DNA from: an uncultured bacterium
Lineage (GTDB): Bacteria; Bacillota; Negativicutes; Veillonellales; Veillonellaceae
Reading direction: 5' to 3'
Assembly (NCBI GenBank): GCA_905214495.1
Contig: CAJMLW010000006.1
Span: 2,458-66,457 of the forward strand
DNA length: 64,000 nucleotides
Shown piece by piece: positions 52,504 through 61,351 of this stretch; the stretch's first letter is position 1; every line of letters begins with the position of its first letter. The translations under genes were made by a program, and so were the position numbers. The notes beneath the pieces are model-generated. The model was not told the DNA's origin. It worked only from the letters and a program-made list of their open reading frames with translations, and searched no databases.

Positions 52504-54039
52504 TTATTCCCACTCAATTGTAGCAGGTGGTTTAGATGTAATATCGTACACGATACGGTTGATGTGTTGTACTTCGTTTACGATACGACGGGAAATTGTG
52601 TCCAATACGTCGTAAGGGATGCGTGCCCAGTCAGCAGTCATGAAGTCTGTTGTTGTTACGCCACGCAATGCCAATGTGTAGTCGTATGTACGGAAGTCAC
52701 CCATAACGCCTACGGTACGTGTAGATGTTAGTACTGCAAAGTATTGGTTGATGCTGCGATCAAGACCAGCTTTTGCAATTTCGTCACGGAAGATGTAATC
52801 CGCATCACGCAAGATGTCGAGTTTCTCTTTAGTGATTTCGCCCATTACGCGAATAGCAAGACCAGGACCTGGGAATGGTTGACGCCATACAAGGTAGTCC
52901 GCCAAGCCTAATTCAGCACCAAGTTCGCGCACTTCGTCTTTGAAGAGGTTGCGCAATGGTTCGATAAGGCCTTTGAAGTCTACAACTGCAGGCAAGCCGC
53001 CTACGTTGTGGTGAGATTTGATAACTTCTGCTTCGCCAGTACCGGACTCGATAACGTCAGGGTAGATTGTACCTTGCGCCAAGAAGTCAACAGAACCGAT
53101 TTTACGGCCTTCGTCTTCGAATACGCGGATGAATTCTTCGCCGATAGCTTTACGTTTTGCTTCTGGATCTTCAAGACCAGCCAATTTATCTAAGAAACGT
53201 TTTTCCGCATCTACGCGGATGAAATGCATGCCGGAATCTTTGAAAGCTGCTTCAACTTCGTCACCTTCGTTTTTACGCATTAAACCATGGTCAACGAAGA
53301 TACAAGTCAATTGATCACCAATAGCTTTAGAAATAAGAGCTGCTGCAACGGAGCTATCTACACCGCCGGACAATGCCAACAATACTTTACCATCCCCTAC
53401 AGTGTTACGGATTTCTTCAATAGCAGTTTTCGCATAGTTTGCCATTGTCCATGTGCCTGTGAAACCACATACTTCATACAAGAAGTTGTGAAGCATTTCT
53501 TTACCATGTTCAGTGTGCAACACTTCTGCATGGTATTGCATAGCGTACAATTTGCGTTCTTTATTTTGCATGGATGCAACAGGGCAGTCTTTTGTATGCG
53601 CAATGATTTCGAACCCTTCAGGAACTTTTGCTACATAGTCAACGTGGGACATCCAAACAACTTGGTCTTCGTCCAAGCCTTTGAACAATGGGGATGTAGT
53701 GTCCACTTTAGTAGGTGTTTTACCAAATTCACGGTTGTCCGCAGATTTAACTTCGCCACCCAATGTATGCGCCATAAATTGCATACCATAGCACATGCCA
53801 AGAACTGGAATGCCAAGTTCAAAGATTTCCTTTTCAATTTTAGGTGAATTCTCTTCATACACGCTGTTAGGACCACCAGTGAAGATGATACCTTGCGGCT
53901 TCAATTCCTTAATTTTTTCCAATGCTTTGTTGTATGGATATACTTCGCAGTATACATGATTTTCACGAACGCGACGTGCAATCAACTGATTATATTGACC
54001 GCCGAAATCGACAACAATAACAAATTCCTTGTTTTCCAT
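52504..54039 (-). CDS. guaA: GMP synthase (glutamine-hydrolysing)
   Basis: [36 protein letters not shown]. Confidence 0.98.
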   Translation of the reverse strand: MENKEFVIVVDFGGQYNQLIARRVRENHVYCEVYPYNKALEKIKELKPQGIIFTGGPNSVYEENSPKIEKEIFELGIPVLGMCYGMQFMAHTLGGEVKSADNREFGKTPTKVDTTSPLFKGLDEDQVVWMSHVDYVAKVPEGFEIIAHTKDCPVASMQNKERKLYAMQYHAEVLHTEHGKEMLHNFLYEVCGFTGTWTMANYAKTAIEEIRNTVGDGKVLLALSGGVDSSVAAALISKAIGDQLTCIFVDHGLMRKNEGDEVEAAFKDSGMHFIRVDAEKRFLDKLAGLEDPEAKRKAIGEEFIRVFEDEGRKIGSVDFLAQGTIYPDVIESGTGEAEVIKSHHNVGGLPAVVDFKGLIEPLRNLFKDEVRELGAELGLADYLVWRQPFPGPGLAIRVMGEITKEKLDILRDADYIFRDEIAKAGLDRSINQYFAVLTSTRTVGVMGDFRTYDYTLALRGVTTTDFMTADWARIPYDVLDTISRRIVNEVQHINRIVYDITSKPPATIEWE

Positions 54040-54231
54040 AGTTCCTCCGTATGCATCTTTTGTGAAAGTACATTCACCAATTTATAATGTCCATACATTC
54101 CTGTACTGGGGGTTGCGTTTTACAAGCAAAACGCTAAATTTCATTACATTTTATTATACCATAGGAACAATATGTACTCCATATATTCCGTATGAAAGTT
54201 ATGAATTAGTTTTTAATGTTCGGATTTTAGA

Positions 54232-54438
54232 TTACTTCAGGCCTGTAGTATCTTTGAGTAGCTTATGCATCTGCACAGCCCCAACGGGACAAATAGAGTA
54301 GCAATCGCCACAACTAATACACCCCTTACCAATGATAAATTTTGTAGACCCTTCTGTGATGCATTGAACAGGACAATCTTCAGCACAAGCCCCACATTTC
54401 ACGCAGGTATCGTCTATATCAAATTTTAGATTGCTCAT
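54232..54438 (-). CDS. 2[4Fe-4S] ferredoxin
   Basis: Two CxxCxxCxxxCP motifs. Confidence 0.9.
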   Translation of the reverse strand: MSNLKFDIDDTCVKCGACAEDCPVQCITEGSTKFIIGKGCISCGDCYSICPVGAVQMHKLLKDTTGLK

Positions 54439-54559
54439 ATAACATCACCTCTCTATCAATCATAAGATATAGTATCTATCCATTATCTGCTTACTATTTC
54501 CATTAGCCTCTTAGTATTTCTATTAGTAGACTAGTATGTCCCTTAATAGCTTAGTATTT

Positions 54560-55504
54560 CTATTTATTTTCCAGCTCACGGTTATACGCAATAGCCGAAT
54601 ATAGTGCACGAGCTACGCCATAGTGATTATTATCTGTCGTTTCATAACGTGCGGCAGCTTTCACATTATCTCGTGCATTACCCATAGCCACGCTAGCGCT
54701 GGCAAAGCGAATCATGGATAGATCATTTTCGCTGTCGCCGATGGTCATTACCTCGTCAGGCGTATAGCCCCAATGGTTCGCTAAGGCCTCTACAGCTGTG
54801 CCTTTTGTCGTATGAGGTAACACAAATTCTAAATTGCCTTCACTCGATTCAAGAACATCATAAAAGCGTTCGCGCCCTTTGCCATCTACAGCTGCACCTT
54901 GGAACGCATCCCGCAAATTAGCTAGGATGCGTTCACGTATACGTTCATCGCCGTAAAAGATTTGGATTTTCTCTGGTCCCTCTGGTAACGATTCTAAATG
55001 GGCTATTAAATCGGGCACTATGGTACGTGTTGTTAAAATGAAAGGCCGGATATTCGGTCTAAAGAAATGTTCTGCTTGCGCTGTCTCATTACCAACAACA
55101 GGGTATTGACCGAAAATCTCGGCTTTCACATAAGCCTCTACAAACACACCGTAGGTCATCAATTTTCGTACTAAATCTATAGCACGAATTTTATCAAAGG
55201 AAATATGAACAAGTTCTTTTTGCTCCTCTTTATCCATAACATAGGCACCATTGGTGCACACAAAATAGCGCAAGCACGGCATGGCGTCGATTACATCATC
55301 CATCTCATGCCACGCACGGCCCGATGCAATAGCCACGCGGATACCGCTTTCACGAGCGGCACGAACCGCATTGACAACCTCAGGATCCACGGATTTCGCG
55401 TCGTTTACTAAAGTGCCATCCACGTCGGACGCGATGAATCGAATCGGTGTATCACCAGTAAGGCCTATATAGTTTTTAATGTCTAATGGTTCAGATGCGG
55501 ACAT
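54560..55504 (-). CDS. Cof-type HAD-IIB hydrolase
   Basis: SDVDGTL, ASGR, KGTA, GDSEND. Confidence 0.9.
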   Translation of the reverse strand: MSASEPLDIKNYIGLTGDTPIRFIASDVDGTLVNDAKSVDPEVVNAVRAARESGIRVAIASGRAWHEMDDVIDAMPCLRYFVCTNGAYVMDKEEQKELVHISFDKIRAIDLVRKLMTYGVFVEAYVKAEIFGQYPVVGNETAQAEHFFRPNIRPFILTTRTIVPDLIAHLESLPEGPEKIQIFYGDERIRERILANLRDAFQGAAVDGKGRERFYDVLESSEGNLEFVLPHTTKGTAVEALANHWGYTPDEVMTIGDSENDLSMIRFASASVAMGNARDNVKAAARYETTDNNHYGVARALYSAIAYNRELENK

Positions 55505-55600
55505 AAAACCTCCTTTAATACAATATAAATTTTACTTGATGTACAATATAGATAATCACATAAGATTGTAGAATGACTATTTCAAAGGATGTGAAATCAT

Positions 55601-55847
55601 ATGCATATAATAATCAATCGAGATGCCGTTTGTGCGGCCGATGATATGAGTCATCATCACTGGAAATAACGTGGTCTGGGCGCTCCATCACCACGACATT
55701 GAGGTGGGCACTTATTTCACCCAAAATCGTAGTTTTATAAATGGCAATGTTCCCTTATCATCTATTATCAGTAATTCTGAAAGAGGCAACGAATTCTATC
55801 TACGATATTACAGTTCCCCAGACAGATACAGGAAACATTTTATTTAG
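55601..55847 (+). pseudogene. Frameshifted hypothetical gene
   Basis: MHIIINRDAVCAADDMSHHHWK*, then a second frame GNNVVWALHHHDIEVGTYF...YYSSPDRYRKHFI*. Confidence 0.45.
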
Positions 55848-55899
55848 CGCTATTCCCATCAGCTAGAAACTATTTAGTAATATTATATGTAGATGAGAA

Positions 55900-57081
55900 T
55901 TATTTAGTTGCATTAAACTCAGCCACAATTTCTTCTAAGACAGTTGGATTTTCTACTAATCGCAACAATGTGCGACCAATGATATTGGCTCCATCTACAA
56001 TGGTTTGCTCAATGGTTGGTTCTAGCATGGCATCCGCGAATTCTTTAGCATGGCACACTTTATCTGGGCCGGCCAAGCGCAATTTAGGATGGAATGCGGC
56101 ACATTGATAGCTGACATTACCGATATCGGAACTGCCCCCAATGTCCGCTGGACCTGGTTCAAAATCGAGGCCCATGTCGGCCATCACTTCTTCGATGAGG
56201 TGTGTACCGCGATGGTTTTGGTTCATATCATCGTAAGGATTGCCGTAAAACTCAACGTCTACAGTTGTACCAGTGCAAAGGGCAGCGCCTTCAAAAATCT
56301 TTTTGATTTGCTCGGATAGGCCGTTCAAATACTCCCGTTCTGTATGACGCACGGTAACCTCTAATTCGCCAGTAGCAGGAATGACATTGGATGCGGTACC
56401 ACCATTAATAATCCACGTGCCGATACGAGACTCTGGTCGCACTTGTTGGCGCAGCATATCCATGGCATGGATGGCGAGTTGCACGCCGTTTACCGCATTG
56501 ATGCCATTCCAAGGCTCACCAGCCGCATGGGCCGGTTTACCGTGGAATGTAGCACGGAAACAATCGAGGGCTAAGAATTGTGAATTCGGCCGCGTTTCTT
56601 CGCCATCAAGATGCACCATAATGGCAAAATCGTAATTCTTGAACACGCCAGCGTTGCACATATCTACCTTGCAGCCCATCGCTTCCTCATCAGGGGTTCC
56701 AATGATGTCGATATCCATGTTGAAAGCTACCCCTTCTTGCTGCATCTTATGTAATGCAAGAGCCGCTAGTACACTCATAGATCCGCTAGCACAATGGCCA
56801 CACGCATGTCCCACATCTGGCAACGCATCGTATTCACATAATATAGCTAAACGGCCCTTAGGATTATCTACTTTCACAACAGACGCCTTAAAAGCAGTCG
56901 GCAAGTGACAGAACTCATAGGTCACAGGAATACCGTGTGTTTCAAGGACAGCACCGATTGTCTTAACAGACTTAAATTCATGACTAGACAGTTCTGGATT
57001 CTTCGCCAATGTATAGTTAATGGTGAAAGCCTCTTGGGCGAAGCTTTCAGAAGCATTGGAAAATTGTTCAGTAAGAGACAT
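55900..57081 (-). CDS. M20-family amidohydrolase
   Basis: PELSSHE, EYDALPDVGHACGH, GTPDEE, GSSDIGNVS. Confidence 0.88.
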   Translation of the reverse strand: MSLTEQFSNASESFAQEAFTINYTLAKNPELSSHEFKSVKTIGAVLETHGIPVTYEFCHLPTAFKASVVKVDNPKGRLAILCEYDALPDVGHACGHCASGSMSVLAALALHKMQQEGVAFNMDIDIIGTPDEEAMGCKVDMCNAGVFKNYDFAIMVHLDGEETRPNSQFLALDCFRATFHGKPAHAAGEPWNGINAVNGVQLAIHAMDMLRQQVRPESRIGTWIINGGTASNVIPATGELEVTVRHTEREYLNGLSEQIKKIFEGAALCTGTTVDVEFYGNPYDDMNQNHRGTHLIEEVMADMGLDFEPGPADIGGSSDIGNVSYQCAAFHPKLRLAGPDKVCHAKEFADAMLEPTIEQTIVDGANIIGRTLLRLVENPTVLEEIVAEFNATK

Positions 57082-57252
57082 AGGTCCTCCTAAATATGTA
57101 TATAAATAATCGACCTTATTTAGTAAAAGGTGCATTTTGTGTACATAATTTGTTTACGTACCTTTAATTATACAATGTTATTGCCTATTGGTTCAAAATT
57201 CCGTACAATAGAAACAGATTAATATGTTTGTATCGTGTTTGAGGAGGATACT

Positions 57253-58035
57253 ATGTTTAAATTCAAAAAATTAACAGCCATCGCACTCGTAGCTGTTGCT
57301 GCTATGGGTTTATTGGCTGGTTGTGGTAGCGAAAAAAGCAAAATGACACAAGAGGCTGGTGTGTTACGTGTAGGTTCTGAAACTACATTCCCACCATTCG
57401 AATTTACTGAAGGCGATAAATACGTTGGTTTCGACGTTGATTTATCCGAAGCAATCGCTAAAAAATTGGGCCTAAAAATGGAATTCAAATCCATGGGCTT
57501 TGACGCTTTAATTCCAGCAGTTCAATCTGGCGATATCGACATGATTGCAGCAGGCATCAACGCAACACCAGAACGTGAAAAAGCATTGGACTTCTCCGAT
57601 GTATACTTTGATCAAGGCGGTTTCATCACAGTAGTTCGTAAAGACAACACGTCTATCCATAACATGGACGAACTCGCTGGTAAAACTGTAGGCGTTCAAA
57701 TCGGTACTGTTCCTGTAGATATGGCAAAAGCCATTCCTAACACAACAGTAAAAGAAATGGACTCCAATTCCAATATCTTTATGGAACTAAAAGCTGGCAC
57801 AATCGATGGCGCTATCATCGATAACGCAGTTGCTATGTACTACCTAAAACAAGGTGCTGACAAAGACCTTAAACTTGTAGGCGAACCTACTAAATCCCCA
57901 GGCACAGTTTTGGGTGTGAAAAAAGGCAACAAAGAATTACAAGACGCTGTTAATAAAGCACTTAAAGAGCTTAAAGAAGATGGTACATACCAAAAAATTT
58001 ACGATAAATGGTTTGGTGACTATAACAAAAAATAA
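57253..58035 (+). CDS. Polar amino acid ABC substrate-binding lipoprotein
   Basis: LAGC lipobox, TFPPFEF, GFDVDL, IYDKWFG. Confidence 0.9.
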   Translation: MFKFKKLTAIALVAVAAMGLLAGCGSEKSKMTQEAGVLRVGSETTFPPFEFTEGDKYVGFDVDLSEAIAKKLGLKMEFKSMGFDALIPAVQSGDIDMIAAGINATPEREKALDFSDVYFDQGGFITVVRKDNTSIHNMDELAGKTVGVQIGTVPVDMAKAIPNTTVKEMDSNSNIFMELKAGTIDGAIIDNAVAMYYLKQGADKDLKLVGEPTKSPGTVLGVKKGNKELQDAVNKALKELKEDGTYQKIYDKWFGDYNKK

Positions 58036-58061
58036 TTTCTAATACGTATCATACGTTTAGA

Positions 58062-58139
58062 AAAAAGAACCGGTCCTGAAAGCCGACACGCTACTGCGCT
58101 ACGCGGAGCCCGAAGTCGTTTTCAGAACCGGTTCTTTTT
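58062..58139 (-). repeat. Hairpin-loop cassette, type B copy 2
   Basis: 58080-58121 is the exact reverse complement of the 42-nt B core at 35482-35523, with a different outer stem. Confidence 0.88.
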
Positions 58140-58182
58140 ACTATCCTATCATCGTAAATAGAAATTATTTCTTTCGTTATAC

Positions 58183-58260
58183 GGAGGAGAAAGAGGCCGT
58201 AGGGCGAATCAGACCCGGCCGGTGGAGGATTTTTAAGCCCGTCGGTTCTTTTCCTCTTCT
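58183..58260 (+). repeat. Hairpin with half of a type A cassette in its loop
   Basis: AGACCCGGCCGGTGGAG at 58211-58227. Confidence 0.7.
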
Positions 58261-58319
58261 ACCATTTCCTACCGCGGTATATAATAGTAGTGTATTGTAT
58301 AAAAACGAAAGGAGGGCCT

Positions 58320-60689
58320 ATGGCTCAATATTTCACAGACCGCCTCCAACGGGTCTTCCACTTAATTTTTATGTCTTATGATCCGCAGTCCGCTCAAGAG
58401 GGCCTGCGCATGTTAGAGTCAATTGTAAATAATCAATCGAATGTGACAAAGCCAATTCAGCATAAATTACGCAACACAGCTACATCACAAGGTAGTACGG
58501 ACGAATCAGACGCTGAGGAAACCTACAAGAAGGCTTTATCTCCTGAGGAACGCGAATTGGGTGATGCGTATGCCCTATTGGCACGCGTGTACGCTGGTCC
58601 GCGATTTACGTGGGCCGAGTCTGGATTCCCAGAGGATAATATGCGCACCTATCAATGTCTTCACGATAGCATTCGCCGTCATAGTCCAATCGGCACAATG
58701 CAAGCGCTCCGCATAGCCGGCTCTATTACACCTACAGTGAGGCGCGATATGCAGTTGTCCTTTGACGATGCATTCCGTATCATCTATGATTATGCAAAGC
58801 AGGACGATGCATACTGCCAATATATTATAGGCAACGTATTCTTTTGGGGCGATTACCACGTTATTAACGAGGCTAAACAACTATTAGGCCCAAAAAAGGC
58901 TAGATTTAGTCAACGATTATACCAAGCGACGCGCAGCAAGAGTTTACGTGAAGTCATTGCTACCTTGCGCGGTATGGTAGATGAAGAAACGCTACAAGCA
59001 AAATCTCGGGAGCATGCGAAATACTGGTTTACCAAAGCCCTTGATCAAGGGCTCGCCATGTTCCAAGGGAACTTGCGCAATATTTATATCGATGAAGGCG
59101 ATTATGAAAATGCACGCCGTGTGGCACGCAGGGCCGCTGAACTAGGCAATCCGACCATGATGCTCTATACGGCTCTCGACCATCACGAAAGGAGCGAGTT
59201 TACAGAGGCTTTCACATGGTTTACAAAGGGCGCCGAACTAGGCCAGCCAGAATGTATCGCGGAACTCGCCGACTATTACTACCATTTTTATAGGCAACCT
59301 GCGTTGCGCGCTGCCATTCCGTATGACCCAATCAAGGCTACTGAACTGTATCAACAGGCAGCCACAAAGGACTTTAATGACGCCGGTTATGCAGCGTTGC
59401 AAGCCGCATTTAACTATATTTTTCACATTGGAGGGCTCCCGCTCGACTGGGGCCTCATCGCCGATTTGACACACATGGCGGCGACAAAGGATCGGTTCCT
59501 GTTCTCCTTGCCGTATATCAGCTACATGCGCATTCACGGCATTGGCGTGACCAAGAACACCAAATTTGCTGTACAATCCTTGATGCGCGTCTTAGACGAA
59601 GAAAACCGAGCTTTACAAGAGGAGGATCGAGTTCTCTTTTACGATATCACCCGTGCTTTAACACGAGTAGCCCTCGGCTATGCCTATGAAAAGGGCTATG
59701 TAACAGGCACGCCTAACCTGGATGCAGCTGTTCAGTATTATGAAAGCTCACATCAGTACATCGTGTCACATCTCGCCAATCGCAGCGAAGAAATCAAGGA
59801 TATTCCGATAGATGACGAAGCGGCAGAACGATTAGCAGCCTTCGAAGAAATAGACGGCCATTGGCATTACAAGGAAGGTATTACCGAATCCTCTACAACC
59901 GTGCGCCCTGCCCCTACCACATGGCCTCACAATGCGGCCCGATTATCCGTTACTATGAACGGCTTTCAGTGGGATACCACATTATATGATTGGAAAACTA
60001 TCGATCATGCCCTATCCACACAAGATACGATGGTGCTTAGCTTTTACAATCATTTCCTAACCATTCCGGACAAATTGCGGAATATCTATAAACTGGAGAC
60101 TAAACGTATGCCACGCAACACCTATCAGGTGCGGTTGTATGGCTATGACCCAGCTGAAGGGCATGAGATAATCTATAAATTGTTGCTCAATGCAGAGAAT
60201 GCCCATAATTTGTGGCATAATCTTTATGAAATCCACCGTTTACCGGAGCTTTCAGATGCATGGGTCATCGAAACAGACGAGGAAAAACCGACGTGGCACT
60301 ATGTACTCGACGTCGATCAAGAACCGTTCCTACTCGAGGAATATGACGATGCCAACGCCATGATACAAGCATCATTGGAAGGCCTCAAGAGCAATCGCTA
60401 CGAACAAATCAACGTTCGTACCCACGATTTTATTGGGCCATCCTATTTCATATTCAAGGGCAAGCGGCCCACACCATTTAGGGTGCAACTGTACCTCAAG
60501 GAATCGATGCGCCATATCGTCGACGAACACGGCAAGCAAAAGGACATTCCCGGTAATACATACCTATTTGAACAGTACTTTGGCAATGAGGTATCCTTGA
60601 ACTACTGGATACAACGAACTATCAATACATTAGACATTCCAGAGTTAGATAATTGGAAACCGCTCAGCGTGCCTAAGGATTTGCAATGA
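58320..60689 (+). CDS. Sel1/TPR-repeat protein
   Basis: Repeated Sel1-like motifs (AKYWFTKA, AAELGN, AFTWFTKGAELG, LGYAYEKGY); RBS AAGGAGG. Confidence 0.8.
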   Translation: MAQYFTDRLQRVFHLIFMSYDPQSAQEGLRMLESIVNNQSNVTKPIQHKLRNTATSQGSTDESDAEETYKKALSPEERELGDAYALLARVYAGPRFTWAESGFPEDNMRTYQCLHDSIRRHSPIGTMQALRIAGSITPTVRRDMQLSFDDAFRIIYDYAKQDDAYCQYIIGNVFFWGDYHVINEAKQLLGPKKARFSQRLYQATRSKSLREVIATLRGMVDEETLQAKSREHAKYWFTKALDQGLAMFQGNLRNIYIDEGDYENARRVARRAAELGNPTMMLYTALDHHERSEFTEAFTWFTKGAELGQPECIAELADYYYHFYRQPALRAAIPYDPIKATELYQQAATKDFNDAGYAALQAAFNYIFHIGGLPLDWGLIADLTHMAATKDRFLFSLPYISYMRIHGIGVTKNTKFAVQSLMRVLDEENRALQEEDRVLFYDITRALTRVALGYAYEKGYVTGTPNLDAAVQYYESSHQYIVSHLANRSEEIKDIPIDDEAAERLAAFEEIDGHWHYKEGITESSTTVRPAPTTWPHNAARLSVTMNGFQWDTTLYDWKTIDHALSTQDTMVLSFYNHFLTIPDKLRNIYKLETKRMPRNTYQVRLYGYDPAEGHEIIYKLLLNAENAHNLWHNLYEIHRLPELSDAWVIETDEEKPTWHYVLDVDQEPFLLEEYDDANAMIQASLEGLKSNRYEQINVRTHDFIGPSYFIFKGKRPTPFRVQLYLKESMRHIVDEHGKQKDIPGNTYLFEQYFGNEVSLNYWIQRTINTLDIPELDNWKPLSVPKDLQ

Positions 60690-60703
60690 TAGAATAAAAG
60701 AAC

Positions 60704-60741
60704 ACAAAGGAGCTAGTACACAGCGTACTAGCTCCTTTGTT
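60704..60741. terminator. Terminator
   Basis: ACAAAGGAGCTAGTAC / GTACTAGCTCCTTTGT. Confidence 0.75.
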
Positions 60742-60881
60742 ATAACCTAAAAATAAGCTACATTCTAACCATCAAATATACGACTAACAATATATTCGAT
60801 TATAATTACAAATCAACGCCAGGTACTACATTCCATCGTTCCCCATATGTATTACCAATCATCATCGGACTACGCTCTATC

Positions 60882-61163
60882 TTATCTAACATTCTTGCAC
60901 GCGCATTCGTATAGTATCATCACTACGTTTTCCACCATGCCAAGCAAACTTAGAGGTGCCCAATGTATACTTAATAAATCCATAATCACCACTATCATAC
61001 TTACTATCCAATGTATCACATATTCTAATCCTCCACTAAGTCGATTAGCATTCTCAGCTTCATCCGACATATAATCCAAATAATACGTTATATAAGGCAC
61101 ATCAAAATACGCTAATATATCGCTAACAACGGCCTCATTAAACGGCTCTTGTTTAAACGCCAA
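60882..61163 (-). CDS. Hypothetical protein or gene remnant
   Basis: TTG start with AAGGGG RBS; no recognisable motif. Confidence 0.3.
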   Translation of the reverse strand: MAFKQEPFNEAVVSDILAYFDVPYITYYLDYMSDEAENANRLSGGLEYVIHWIVSMIVVIMDLLSIHWAPLSLLGMVENVVMILYECACKNVR

Positions 61164-61238
61164 TAAAAATATCCCCTTCGAGAAGCGACTATCTCTCCTT
61201 TCCTAGTGCTATAATCCCACAGATTGACTGAAATACAG

Positions 61239-61324
61239 AAAAATATCCCCTTTAGAAGACGACTTTTGGCCCTGTTCCAAAGGAACAGACCCGGCCGATG
61301 GAGCCTTCTAAAGGGGATATTTTG
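61239..61324 (+). repeat. Hairpin-loop cassette, type A copy 3, in the ileS terminator
   Basis: Core 61260-61303 CGACTTTTGGCCCTGTTCCAAAGGAACAGACCCGGCCGATGGAG. Confidence 0.85.
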
Positions 61325-61351
61325 ATAACTGTATTTAAATCGATTGTGAAA

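Noticed and set aside
44310..52530. Integrative element with attL/attR at the guaA 3' end, or an integron cassette array
   Set aside because: No integrase, no second copy of the guaA 3' end and no repeated attC-like junctions seen
54040..54230. Purine riboswitch upstream of guaA
   Set aside because: No aptamer consensus visible; only a short hairpin
16829..61324. CRISPR array interpretation of the repeats
   Set aside because: Copies are dispersed singly, with no regular spacers and no cas genes
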